Positions 7,257-17,184 of a DNA stretch of 38,310 nt are shown piece by piece. The notes under the pieces are model-generated. The model was given only the letters and a program-made list of their open reading frames with translations, did no database searches and was not told the DNA's origin. Source of the DNA: a phage. How positions within the stretch are numbered: position 1 is the first letter of the stretch; every line of letters starts with the position of its first letter. The stretch is taken from the sequence record PX946180.1; one strand, given 5' to 3'. A program made the translations under genes and the position numbers.

Positions 7257-9104
7257 ATGAGCGTCATCTCTATTGACAAACACGACTTCTCTGATGTGTC
7301 GAACGCCATTGAGCCGTTTAACCTGCTGGCTGACCACTACGGGCAAGACCTCGCAGTAAAGCAGCTTCAGCTTGAGCATGAGGCATACACTGAAGGCGAG
7401 CGACGTTTCATCAAGAACCTTGAGCGCCAGACTGAGCGCGGGGAACTGGCAGACAATCAGGTCGCCAAGCCTTTGATGCAGACTCTGGTCCCGACCATCG
7501 CTAAGGCTTTCCGTGAGTGGCATGAAGGCCCGGACGGTAAGTCCTCGACCTCTCGTCCAAGCGTAGCGTTCACCATGCTGAGCACTGACGAGAAGGCTGT
7601 CAAAGACCGCTCTCTGCTCATCTCTGCGGAGTCTGCTGCGGTCATCATACTGAAGGTCATTCTCAGCAAGCTGGTCAAGCCTGAAGGCATCCCGATAACT
7701 CCTATGGCGTCCGCGATAGGTCGAACACTGGAAGATGAAATCCGCTTTGGTCGCATCCGTGATCAGGAGAAGGAGCACTTCAAGAAGGCGATAGCTGAGA
7801 ACCTGAACAAGCGCGCAGGGGTATCCTACAAGAAAGCCTACATGCAAGCGGTTGAGACCTCCATGTTGGAGCAAGGCCAACTGGAAGATGCCTGGGGAAC
7901 TTGGAGTCCGACCGAGGCGGTCCATGTTGGCATCAAGATGCTTGAGATTGTCATCCAGTCTACTCAACTGGTAGAGCTTAAGCGTTATGGTGCTGGCAAT
8001 GCAGCGGCGGACGTTGAGATGGTCCACCTGTCAGACTTCTGGGTCAAGAAGATGGCTCAGCGTGGCTTCTCTCTTGCGGGAATCGCTCCAGTCTACCAGC
8101 CATGCGTAGTTCCGCCTAAGCCGTGGACCGGGGTGGTGGGTGGTGGGTACTGGGCTAAAGGCCGAAGACCACTACCACTGATTCGCTTAGGGTCTAAGTC
8201 TGCGGTGGCACGTTACGAAGATGTATACATGCCTGAAGTCTACGACGCTGTGAATATCATTCAGAATACACCTTGGAAAGTGAACAAGAAGGTTCTGAAC
8301 GTGGTGAACATGGTCGAGAAGCTGAACAACACGCCTATTGATGACATCCCTCAGATGGAACCGCTGAAGCCTGAGGACTATGCGGGTGAGACTGAAGAAG
8401 AACTTAAGGCATGGAAGAAAGCTGCTGCCGGTATCTATCGCCGCGAGAAGGCCCGACAGTCACGAAGATTGTCACTGAGCTTTATCGTTAACCAAGCGAA
8501 CAAGTTCTCTCAGTTCAAGGCTATCTGGTTCCCGTATAACATGGATTGGCGAGGTCGTGTCTACGCTGTCCCGATGTTCAACCCTCAGGGTAACGACATG
8601 CAAAAGGGACTCCTGACTCTGGCAGTCGGTAAGCCTATTGGTGCTGATGGTTTCAAATGGCTGAAGGTACGCAAGAAGGATACCACTCGTCTGAACCTGA
8701 TGTTCTTAGGGTCATTCAACCTTCAGCCTACAGTCAACAAAGGCGCGAAGAAAGAGCTTGACAAACACAAGCAGGAGTCAGGTATTAGCCCGAACTTCGT
8801 CCACTCACAAGATGGCAGTCACCTCCGCAAGACTGTAGTCCACACGCACCGCAAGTATGGCGTGATGTCGTTCGCAGTGATCCACGATAGCTTCGGGACC
8901 ATCCCGGCTGACGCTGAGTATCTGTTCCGTGGTGTCCGTGAGACGATGGTCGAGACCTACCGCGACAACGATGTGCTGCTTGACTTCTATGAGCAGTTTG
9001 AATACCAGCTTCATGAGAGCCAGCGCGACAAGCTGCCAGAGCTTCCGAAGAAAGGTGAACTGAATATCGAAGACATCCTGTCTTCAGACTTTGCATTCGC
9101 TTAA
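7257..9104 (+). CDS. T7-like single-subunit RNA polymerase with ~268-codon internal in-frame deletion (catalytic motifs A and B missing; probably non-functional)
   Basis: 615 aa versus 883 aa for T7 RNAP; N-terminal ~464 aa and C-terminal ~151 aa are collinear with T7 (promoter-binding domain, specificity loop, HKQESG..FVHSQDGSHLRK, IHDSFGT, terminal FAFA); junction GFKWLK/VRKKDTTRLNLMFLG at about 8664-8669; no DGSCSG or TLAYGS motif anywhere in the ORF. Confidence 0.85.
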   Translation: MSVISIDKHDFSDVSNAIEPFNLLADHYGQDLAVKQLQLEHEAYTEGERRFIKNLERQTERGELADNQVAKPLMQTLVPTIAKAFREWHEGPDGKSSTSRPSVAFTMLSTDEKAVKDRSLLISAESAAVIILKVILSKLVKPEGIPITPMASAIGRTLEDEIRFGRIRDQEKEHFKKAIAENLNKRAGVSYKKAYMQAVETSMLEQGQLEDAWGTWSPTEAVHVGIKMLEIVIQSTQLVELKRYGAGNAAADVEMVHLSDFWVKKMAQRGFSLAGIAPVYQPCVVPPKPWTGVVGGGYWAKGRRPLPLIRLGSKSAVARYEDVYMPEVYDAVNIIQNTPWKVNKKVLNVVNMVEKLNNTPIDDIPQMEPLKPEDYAGETEEELKAWKKAAAGIYRREKARQSRRLSLSFIVNQANKFSQFKAIWFPYNMDWRGRVYAVPMFNPQGNDMQKGLLTLAVGKPIGADGFKWLKVRKKDTTRLNLMFLGSFNLQPTVNKGAKKELDKHKQESGISPNFVHSQDGSHLRKTVVHTHRKYGVMSFAVIHDSFGTIPADAEYLFRGVRETMVETYRDNDVLLDFYEQFEYQLHESQRDKLPELPKKGELNIEDILSSDFAFA

Positions 9105-9116
9105 CAGGAGAGAGTT

Positions 9117-9317
9117 ATGAAATTTGTACACAAGAAGACCGGCGTTAATGGTGGGACTCAAATAGTGACCGTAACAGAGCACAATGGTAAGGGTCTGGTG
9201 AAGACCACGGTCATCCCTACAGAGCTGTCAAAGCGTCTTAACGTAACATTCAAGTGGCTGGTTAATCTGGTTAAGCAGACACACGAGCAAGCTCTTAAAG
9301 AGGAGGCTACCAAATGA
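9117..9317 (+). CDS. hypothetical early protein (66 aa)
   Basis: Tracker ORF with GGAGAGAG RBS; no recognised homolog; T7 has no gene between gene 1 and 1.1. Confidence 0.5.
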   Translation: MKFVHKKTGVNGGTQIVTVTEHNGKGLVKTTVIPTELSKRLNVTFKWLVNLVKQTHEQALKEEATK

Positions 9318-9395
9318 CAGGCCTACAGTTGCTGGCCTTGTGGCTGGGAGCACTCGCAGTATTCACTTTAATCCAACGCAGAAGAGGTTAACCCT

Positions 9396-9866
9396 ATGTT
9401 CGGTAAGTCAAAACTTGAAGCACAAATCGTAGAGTTGAGCATGAAGGTGGCATACTTGGAGCGAGCCGTAAAGGTCCGGGATAAGGACAACGAGAGACTG
9501 AAGGCTAAACTTGCTGAATCAGAGCGTAAGCGCCTAACGCCACCAGCGGCTGTAACTGTCAAGCGTATGGTCGGCATCAAGTTCAAGGAACTGTTCGACG
9601 GTAAGTATCAGCCCACTGAGTTCAAGATAGGTCTTGGAAAGTGTGGAAAGGTGGTTCACTACTTCGAGGTGACTAAGCGTGACTACCTGACGATTACCAT
9701 CCACCAGTACCACACAGACGGGTCATCTAAGGACTTTGAGTATCGACTTAGCGACATCGACGGTCGTATACAGTACGACTACGAGCCGATGCAGGTCTAC
9801 GGTGAGGAGGCAGAGCAGGAACGTATAGTCCAAGCCTTCCGCAACAGACCACGATTCGTACCCTAA
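9396..9866 (+). CDS. hypothetical early protein (156 aa), N-terminal coiled-coil
   Basis: Tracker ORF; GAGG RBS; charged heptad-like N-terminus (KLEAQIVELSMKVAYLERAVKVRDKDNERLKAKLAESERK); no recognised homolog. Confidence 0.6.
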   Translation: MFGKSKLEAQIVELSMKVAYLERAVKVRDKDNERLKAKLAESERKRLTPPAAVTVKRMVGIKFKELFDGKYQPTEFKIGLGKCGKVVHYFEVTKRDYLTITIHQYHTDGSSKDFEYRLSDIDGRIQYDYEPMQVYGEEAEQERIVQAFRNRPRFVP

Positions 9867-9884
9867 ACTATCACTATAGGATTA
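9862..9884 (+). promoter_or_regulatory. phage RNAP promoter (phi1.1-like), +1 G at 9879
   Basis: CCTAAACTATCACTATAGGATTA. Confidence 0.75.
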
Positions 9885-9928
9885 GACTCAAGGTCATGAC
9901 TAAAAGTCGTGGCCTTCATGATTAACCC
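9884..9928 (+). promoter_or_regulatory. R1.1-like RNase III processing element
   Basis: AGACTCAAGGTCATGACTAAAAGTCGTGGCCTTCATGATTAACCC; same position (between gene 1 and 1.1) and same core as recalled T7 R1.1. Confidence 0.55.
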
Positions 9929-9957
9929 TAAATAAACACTACTGGAGATTTAACCAC

Positions 9958-10137
9958 ATGTATCAGAACACTATCAACTTCGAGCGCATCCGTGAACGTC
10001 AACAGACTGAAGGCTACATCCCGAAGGGCCGCAAGCTGAACAAGACTAAGCGAGGCGGTGGTGTCAAGGGTGCTTTCCGCAACGCTGAAGGCAAAGACTC
10101 GCTGGTAAACCAAGAGAAGTATTTCGTAGGAGCATAA
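9958..10137 (+). CDS. gp1.1-like small basic protein (59 aa)
   Basis: GRKLNKTKR motif as in recalled T7 gp1.1; GGAG RBS; immediately precedes gp1.2 homolog. Confidence 0.65.
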   Translation: MYQNTINFERIRERQQTEGYIPKGRKLNKTKRGGGVKGAFRNAEGKDSLVNQEKYFVGA

Positions 10138-10141
10138 GGCT

Positions 10142-10405
10142 ATGGGCCGACTTTATAGTGGCAACATCAACGCTTTCAAAGCAGCGCGTAACAGACTTTA
10201 TCAGTTAGACTTCTTCGTGATACAGCAGGACTGGTACGACGCGCATTTTCGGAAAGAGTGTATGAGACTTCAAGTCGAGGACCGAGCTGGTGACATCTTC
10301 GCTCTTAAGACCTTCGCACACTACGACGAAGACGTACTGTACAACACTGCAACCGACTTCCTTAACGGTCTCGCTGACCAACTAGACACATGGAGCAAAT
10401 CATAA
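10142..10405 (+). CDS. gp1.2-like inhibitor of host dGTPase
   Basis: 87 aa; MGRLYSGN..AFKAA.N.L.QLD...DWYDA..RK.C.RL..EDR.G matches recalled T7 gp1.2. Confidence 0.85.
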   Translation: MGRLYSGNINAFKAARNRLYQLDFFVIQQDWYDAHFRKECMRLQVEDRAGDIFALKTFAHYDEDVLYNTATDFLNGLADQLDTWSKS

Positions 10406-11472
10406 TGACAACGACTATCAAAACTAACCCACACCGAGCTGTAGATTACTCTGAGTCTGGCGTTAAGAAAGCGCTGGAAGCTGCTGGGTCGCTGGAAGCT
10501 GAAGTGAAGTACGATGGTGTCCGGTTTAATCTTCCGGTCTTCCCTACTGGTGAGACTCAATGGTTGAGCCGTGAGTCCAAAGAGCTTCCAGCGCTTCAGC
10601 ATCTGAAGTCAGAACGTGGGAGTCCTACCGAATTAACAAACCGTGGAGACTGGCGATGGTTCCTTAAACAGGCTGGCTACGAAGGTACGGGCCTGATGAT
10701 TGACGGCGAGGTCATGGTTCCTGCAACCGACTTCAACACTTCCTCAGGTCTAATCCGTACCATGTGGTCAGACACTAAGAACTACGCTTGGAATGGCAAC
10801 CCCGATGCTGACATCGACACCAAGAAGAAGCATAAGGTCCCTTTCCATCTGGCAACCGACCACATCCGCGTGGTTGTCTACGGGGTCATCGACCTTAACG
10901 TCATCCTCGACCCGAAAGCCGAAGGTCCCATCCATAGCGTCACACGCCTGAAGGCCGAAGCTATCGTCCCTCTCCTCCAGAAATACTTCCCGGAAATCGA
11001 CTGGGTTCTGTCTGAGTCACACACGGTCTATGACCTTGAGTCGCTCAACTCCCTGTACGAAGAGAAGCGTCTGGAAGGACACGAGGGTCTGGTAGTCAAG
11101 GACCCACTTGGTAAATATAAGCGTGGCAAGAAGTCAGGCATGTGGAAAATGAAGCCTGAGGAGACCATCGACGGGACCGTGTGTGGACTCGTGTGGGGGA
11201 CTCCGGGTAAGGCTAACGAAGGCAAGGTAATTGGCTTCGAGGTTCTGCTTGAGGATGGCATGGTGGTTAACGCCTGTGGTCTGACTGAAGAGCAGAAGGA
11301 TGAGTTTACGGAAGCCTGTAACACTGATACATATATTCTCGGTGGAATCAATCCATACGAAGGCTGGCAGTGCGAAGTTCTCTTCATGGAGCGGTTCCCT
11401 GATGGCTCCCTTCGCCACCCTAGCTTCAAGTGCTGGCGTGGAACGGAAGACAATCCAACCGTTAAGAGCTAA
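10390..11472 (+). CDS. ATP-dependent DNA ligase (T7 gp1.3-like); true start may be the ATG at 10405
   Basis: Adenylation motif EVKYDGVR, IKTNP, KPEE.IDG.V.GLVWGT.G.ANEGKVIGFEVLLE and C-terminal DGSLRHPSF..RGTEDNP all match recalled T7 ligase. Confidence 0.95.
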   Translation: MEQIIMTTTIKTNPHRAVDYSESGVKKALEAAGSLEAEVKYDGVRFNLPVFPTGETQWLSRESKELPALQHLKSERGSPTELTNRGDWRWFLKQAGYEGTGLMIDGEVMVPATDFNTSSGLIRTMWSDTKNYAWNGNPDADIDTKKKHKVPFHLATDHIRVVVYGVIDLNVILDPKAEGPIHSVTRLKAEAIVPLLQKYFPEIDWVLSESHTVYDLESLNSLYEEKRLEGHEGLVVKDPLGKYKRGKKSGMWKMKPEETIDGTVCGLVWGTPGKANEGKVIGFEVLLEDGMVVNACGLTEEQKDEFTEACNTDTYILGGINPYEGWQCEVLFMERFPDGSLRHPSFKCWRGTEDNPTVKS

Positions 11473-11483
11473 CTAAACGTCAA

Positions 11484-11520
11484 CCCAGTGGTCTTCGGAC
11501 TGCTGGGTTTCTTTGCTTTG
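11484..11520 (+). terminator. rho-independent terminator, T7 TE equivalent
   Basis: 10-bp stem CCCAGTGGTC/GACTGCTGGG (two G-U pairs) with TTCG tetraloop followed by TTTCTTTGCTTTG; located just after the ligase gene as T7 TE is. Confidence 0.8.
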
Positions 11521-11554
11521 TGCTAGCAAGCTATCGTCTGGGCCACCAGCATGA

Positions 11555-11577
11555 CCTAAGCTATCACTATAGGACAA
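11555..11577 (+). promoter_or_regulatory. phage RNAP promoter, +1 G at 11572
   Basis: CCTAAGCTATCACTATAGGACAA. Confidence 0.75.
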
Positions 11578-11605
11578 CCCTAACTTCGACCTAAGGAGGC
11601 CGACC

Positions 11606-11860
11606 ATGTTTAAGAACTTAATGTTCAATCGTTATACCAGTACATTCCACCTGTCTCACAACCCGTTCGCTTGCATTAAGCGTAACGAGAAGCTGGGCTA
11701 CTTCGGGAAGGCCGTTAAGCTGTCACCTACAGTCTTCGCTCTCATTACTCCGGGCAAAGCTGAAGAGGCTCGCCAGAAGCGTGAGACCAACGTACCTGTG
11801 GTCTACACCAAGTGGCCTCGCGTTCGTCTGTTCGTTGAGTTCGTGAAGGAGGTGTTCTGA
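11606..11860 (+). CDS. gp1.6-like protein
   Basis: 84 aa; C-terminal WPRVRLFVEFVKEVF resembles recalled T7 gp1.6 end FPFVRLLLKRIKEVF. Confidence 0.7.
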   Translation: MFKNLMFNRYTSTFHLSHNPFACIKRNEKLGYFGKAVKLSPTVFALITPGKAEEARQKRETNVPVVYTKWPRVRLFVEFVKEVF

Positions 11861-12432
11861 TGACTCCTTATGATAATATGATCATCAAGCTAATCGATAT
11901 GAACGACGGTAAGCCAGACCATTTATATAACTGTTCCTTCGAGTGTGCTGGAGTTCCTTGTAACATCTGCCCCGCTAAGGATGATGACGATATGACCTTA
12001 GGTGAAATCCGAGCGATGGACCCACGTAAGCCCCATCTGAATAAACCAGAGGTAACTCCCCCAGATGAACAGCCTTCCACTGAGTCACACAGCTGCGAAA
12101 GTATGTGCAACTGTGAGCGGGACTATGATACAAGCGATGGACATGCCTTGGATTGTACTATCCACAACGCCACTGCCCCAGTAAATACAATCGAAGGTGT
12201 CACTAAGCCTTCCCATTACATGCTGTTCGACGACATTGAGGCCATCGAAGTGATTGCCCGTTCAATGACTCGTGAACAGTTCAAAGGGTACTGCTTCGGT
12301 AACGTCCTGAAGTATCGACTCCGGGCTGGTAAGAAGTCCGAGCTGGCTACTATGGAGAAGGACCTGAACAAAGCAGCCTTCTATCAGGAGCTGTTCGACC
12401 TACATAAAGGTAAGTGCTATGCTGCCGAGTGA
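11860..12432 (+). CDS. gp1.7-like nucleotide kinase
   Basis: 190 aa; Cys-rich N-terminus and C-terminal FKGYCFGNVLKYRLRAGKK motif as in recalled T7 gp1.7. Confidence 0.75.
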   Translation: MTPYDNMIIKLIDMNDGKPDHLYNCSFECAGVPCNICPAKDDDDMTLGEIRAMDPRKPHLNKPEVTPPDEQPSTESHSCESMCNCERDYDTSDGHALDCTIHNATAPVNTIEGVTKPSHYMLFDDIEAIEVIARSMTREQFKGYCFGNVLKYRLRAGKKSELATMEKDLNKAAFYQELFDLHKGKCYAAE

Positions 12433-12510
12433 GTGGTGCCGGGAGATGTATGAGAAGACCCTCAACCCGGACTACATTACGTTATACAACCAATGGAAGG
12501 AGCGCGGTTT

Positions 12511-12669
12511 ATGACTGAGGTTGAGAAGAAGTACATCGTGGAGCTTGAGGGTCGCGTTCAGTCCTTCGAGGTTCCGGTGTACGCAAAATCTCTTGAAGAG
12601 GCTACCCTGAAGTCCCAAGAGTATGAGGACGCTGGGTTTGTGGTCGGACGGATTCGTCCTGAGACCTAA
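12511..12669 (+). CDS. gp2-like inhibitor of host RNA polymerase
   Basis: 52 aa; [15 protein letters not shown]...[10 protein letters not shown] matches recalled T7 gp2 (HSFEVPIYAETLDEA...AGFEVTRVRP). Confidence 0.8.
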   Translation: MTEVEKKYIVELEGRVQSFEVPVYAKSLEEATLKSQEYEDAGFVVGRIRPET

Positions 12670-12687
12670 ACTATCACTGTAGGACAG
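12665..12687 (+). promoter_or_regulatory. phage RNAP promoter variant (phi2.5-like), +1 G at 12682
   Basis: CTAAACTATCACTGTAGGACAG, one substitution in the TATA core. Confidence 0.6.
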
Positions 12688-12726
12688 ACGTCCAGTTCGT
12701 AACTTTAAATTAGGAGATTTACACCG

Positions 12727-13425
12727 ATGGCTAAAGAGCAACTGAAGACTTTCACCACTCCGGTAGCTGGTATCGTTGAGCCTTACGCATGGCTGAACAA
12801 AGCAGACACCAAGTTCAACGAGCGTGGTGAACATAAGGTTAACCTGACTTTCAGTCTGGATGACCCGAAGGTCCGTAAGATGATTGATGTCTTACAGAAG
12901 ATTCACGACGATGCGTATGCGAAAGCACTCGCAGACCACGAGAAGAACCCACCTCAGGTTAAGCGTGGCAAGAAGCCTATTGAACCACGAGAAGGCGACA
13001 TGCCGTGGATTGAGAATGGTGACGGTACTGTTACCCTTAAGTTTAAATGCTTTGCGTCTTACCTGAAAGACGGCAAGTCCGAGCCTATCGTATTACGGTT
13101 CTACGACACAGATGCTAAACTCATCCGTGACGTCCCGAATATTGGCGCTGGGTCTAAGCTGAAGGTCAAGTTTAAAGTCCTGCCGTTCAAGTGGAACGCT
13201 GCGACTGGTGCAAGCGTTAAGCTCCAGCTTGAGTCCTGCCTTCTGGTAGAACTGAAGGAGTGGAAAGGTGATGGTACTGGTGGCGATGGTGGCTGGGGTG
13301 ATGATGAAGACCTTGGTACTGGCTACAAAGCGTCAACCGATGGTGACTTCAATGGCGATAGTGGCTTCGGTGAAGATGCCGAGGGTGGTGATGACTCTGA
13401 GTCCGGTGGCGATTACGACTTCTAA
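12727..13425 (+). CDS. single-stranded DNA-binding protein (T7 gp2.5-like)
   Basis: 232 aa; GDMPW..NGDGT.T.KFKC.AS, GSKLKVK, ASVKLQLES motifs and acidic C-terminus ending in F, as in recalled T7 gp2.5. Confidence 0.95.
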   Translation: MAKEQLKTFTTPVAGIVEPYAWLNKADTKFNERGEHKVNLTFSLDDPKVRKMIDVLQKIHDDAYAKALADHEKNPPQVKRGKKPIEPREGDMPWIENGDGTVTLKFKCFASYLKDGKSEPIVLRFYDTDAKLIRDVPNIGAGSKLKVKFKVLPFKWNAATGASVKLQLESCLLVELKEWKGDGTGGDGGWGDDEDLGTGYKASTDGDFNGDSGFGEDAEGGDDSESGGDYDF

Positions 13426-13427
13426 TC

Positions 13428-13880
13428 GTGGCTGCATGGACACAAAAACGGGGGCACTCTGTGGGTGCCTACCGCTCTGGACTTGAGGCCAAGAACCAGC
13501 AGTGGCTGGAGCAGAATGGCGTCAAAGCGGAGTACGAAAGCCATTATATCAACTATGTGATTCCGGCTTCCGACCACAAGTACACACCAGACTTCATCCT
13601 TCCGAACGGAATCATCGTCGAGACCAAAGGTATCTTCGACAGTGAGGACCGTAAGAAGCACCTTCTGGTACGAGAACAGCACCCAGAGTTAGACATCCGG
13701 TTCGTGTTCTCAAGTTCCCGCTCCAAGCTATACAAAGGGTCTCCGACCACGTATGGCGCATGGTGCGAAAAGAACGGATTTAAGTTTGCCGACAAGTTCA
13801 TCCCGGTTGAGTGGCTGCGAGAGGCGACTGTACGTCTGCCTTCAGGCATACTCATTCCAAAGAAGAAAGGAGTTAAGTAA
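13428..13880 (+). CDS. endonuclease I, Holliday junction resolvase (T7 gp3-like)
   Basis: 150 aa; YVIPAS.H.YTPDF.LPNGI.VETKG...DRKKHLL.REQHPELDIR.VFSSSR.KLYKGSPT.YG matches recalled T7 gp3. Confidence 0.95.
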   Translation: MAAWTQKRGHSVGAYRSGLEAKNQQWLEQNGVKAEYESHYINYVIPASDHKYTPDFILPNGIIVETKGIFDSEDRKKHLLVREQHPELDIRFVFSSSRSKLYKGSPTTYGAWCEKNGFKFADKFIPVEWLREATVRLPSGILIPKKKGVK

Positions 13881-14371
13881 TGAGCAAGAAGTTTAAACTG
13901 TCAGTAAATACGTGTGGCTGGCCTCGTGGGACCATCGTTACCAAGTGTGAGAAGGATCCCAGCCCATATCCGCACATGACCCTAGTTGAGTGCCACACTC
14001 CAGGCACCTACAAAAACGGGTCTAACGGCCACAATACTCAGCCTGATGGTATGTGGGGAGCATGGGTCTATGATCATGAACTTGAGGAAATAAAGCAGGA
14101 AGAGAAACTCACTGGTGTACAGACCACTCAGGTCCTGCCAGCCTCAAGCGTCCCTCCTGTCACCGTTAAACGCGAAGTCCTGACCATCGACAAGATTGGT
14201 GTAGGACAAACGTTCATCGTCCATGGTAAACCTGAGGAAGTTTACGTGAAGATTAGCAACTCACACGTCTTCAACCATAAGCGTCTCCAGATGCACACCA
14301 CGGATGCACAGCGCTTCACCCAGCACCTGAATCTGGTGGTAGTAGAATTGGTGGTGTACAATGGTAAGTAA
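13880..14371 (+). CDS. hypothetical protein (163 aa) inserted between endonuclease I and lysozyme
   Basis: Tracker ORF; start overlaps gp3 stop; no T7 counterpart at this position and no recognised domain. Confidence 0.6.
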   Translation: MSKKFKLSVNTCGWPRGTIVTKCEKDPSPYPHMTLVECHTPGTYKNGSNGHNTQPDGMWGAWVYDHELEEIKQEEKLTGVQTTQVLPASSVPPVTVKREVLTIDKIGVGQTFIVHGKPEEVYVKISNSHVFNHKRLQMHTTDAQRFTQHLNLVVVELVVYNGK

Positions 14372-14819
14372 GGTACAGTTCAACCCACGGTCCCGGACTG
14401 ACGCTATCTTCGTTCACTGTTCGGCTACCAAGCCAGAGATGGACATCGGGGTAGAGACCATCCGTATGTGGCACAAGCAGCAAGGCTGGCTGGACGTAGG
14501 CTACCACTTTATCATCAAGCGCGATGGTACTGTTGAAGAGGGTCGCCCTGTCAACGTAGTAGGGTCACACGTTAAGGACTGGAACTCACGGTCTGTAGGC
14601 GTCTGCCTTGTAGGTGGAATTGATGCTAAGGGTAAGTTTGAAGCTAACTTCACTCCGGCCCAGATGGACTCCCTGCGCAACAAGCTGGCTGACCTGAAGG
14701 TCCTGTATCCTCAGGCAGAAATCAAAGCACACCATGACGTAGCACCGAAGGCGTGTCCAAGTTTTGACTTGCAACGCTGGCTATCTACCAACGAACTGAG
14801 GACTTCCGACCATGGATAA
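14361..14819 (+). CDS. lysozyme / N-acetylmuramoyl-L-alanine amidase (T7 gp3.5-like)
   Basis: 152 aa; TDAIFVHCSATKP, WLDVGYHFIIKRDGTVE.GR, GVCLVGGID.KGKF.ANFTPAQM and HH.VAPKACPSFDL match recalled T7 lysozyme. Confidence 0.95.
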   Translation: MVSKVQFNPRSRTDAIFVHCSATKPEMDIGVETIRMWHKQQGWLDVGYHFIIKRDGTVEEGRPVNVVGSHVKDWNSRSVGVCLVGGIDAKGKFEANFTPAQMDSLRNKLADLKVLYPQAEIKAHHDVAPKACPSFDLQRWLSTNELRTSDHG

Positions 14820-14904
14820 AATAGACTTTATGCTTATCGTTCTGTTATCAGGAGCAATCACCTTCGTAGGATGGTGGTTCTTCCCTGAACACTTTGAAAT
14901 CTAA
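14812..14904 (+). CDS. small hydrophobic peptide (30 aa)
   Basis: ATG overlaps lysozyme stop, GAGGA 10 nt upstream; sequence MDKIDFMLIVLLSGAITFVGWWFF; below tracker threshold. Confidence 0.35.
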   Translation: MDKIDFMLIVLLSGAITFVGWWFFPEHFEI

Positions 14905-14918
14905 AGGAGAACAACTTA

Positions 14919-15134
14919 ATGATTAAACTCATCGAATTTCTTGGTCGTCTGGTGGTGCGTGGCTATCGTCGGGCTGCGGCTATGGAACGAAAGGTAGCAG
15001 CGAAGACTGCTGACGGTGCGGCTGATGCTGCTGCTCTGGCTGACAAACTGACCATCGCGTCACTGGAAGCTGGCATGAAGGCACGTCAAGCTGACACCAA
15101 AGCTGACCAGTTGGCTCAGTTCTTCAAAGACTAA
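14919..15134 (+). CDS. small conserved hypothetical protein (71 aa)
   Basis: Tracker ORF with AAGGAG RBS; N- and C-terminal motifs (LIEFLGRLVVRGY...QLAQFFKD) resemble a small T7 middle-gene product I recall only imperfectly. Confidence 0.55.
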   Translation: MIKLIEFLGRLVVRGYRRAAAMERKVAAKTADGAADAAALADKLTIASLEAGMKARQADTKADQLAQFFKD

Positions 15135-15152
15135 ACTATCACCTTAGGGATG
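15130..15152 (+). promoter_or_regulatory. degenerate phage RNAP promoter (phi4-like), +1 G at 15147
   Basis: CTAAACTATCACCTTAGGGATG, two mismatches to consensus in the -5 to -1 region. Confidence 0.45.
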
Positions 15153-15199
15153 GGACCATGAGTCCTGTCCCTTTGTTCGCATTTGTGATTAAGGAGTGA

Positions 15200-16903
<1,704 letters not shown>

Positions 16904-16956
16904 CTGGGAGTCATTCGACGAGTGGCAAGAACTCAACGATTCAGACAGGAGAAATA

Positions 16957-17121
16957 ATGTTAAGAAAACTTAAAGCTAGCTACCATCGGTTCATGTACAA
17001 ATGGTGGAGCGATGAAGCAACCTGCCTGTCCAACATTCTGGGAGACCAAAGGTTCGACTCTAAGGCATGGAAGAAAGCTAACCGTAAGTTTATGTACCAC
17101 TTCTTGCGTACAGACTTCTAG
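16957..17121 (+). CDS. small hypothetical protein (54 aa; tracker ORF 16882..17121 trimmed)
   Basis: AGGAGA RBS 6 nt upstream of ATG 16957; lies between gene 4 and gene 5. Confidence 0.45.
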   Translation: MLRKLKASYHRFMYKWWSDEATCLSNILGDQRFDSKAWKKANRKFMYHFLRTDF

Positions 17122-17125
17122 GTCT

Positions 17126-17168
17126 AGACTCAAGGTCATTCACAGCGAGTGGCCTTTATGATTAGACT
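17126..17168 (+). promoter_or_regulatory. R1.1-like RNase III processing element upstream of DNA polymerase
   Basis: AGACTCAAGGTCATTCACAGCGAGTGGCCTTTATGATTAGAC. Confidence 0.5.
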
Positions 17169-17184
17169 AAACGGAGGATTAACC

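Noticed and set aside
7251-8027. 258-aa antisense ORF inside the RNAP gene, and many other minus-strand ORFs in the track (for example 3654..4085, 17377..17853, 25270..25779, 37772..38245)
   Set aside because: All lie antisense within well-supported + strand genes, have no RBS or promoter context, and the genome shows the strict single-strand organisation of T7-like phages
17149-17184. Upstream in-frame start for the DNA polymerase (tracker ORF begins at 17149)
   Set aside because: ATG 17185 has a GGAGG RBS at the right spacing, and the upstream codons overlap the RNase III-like element
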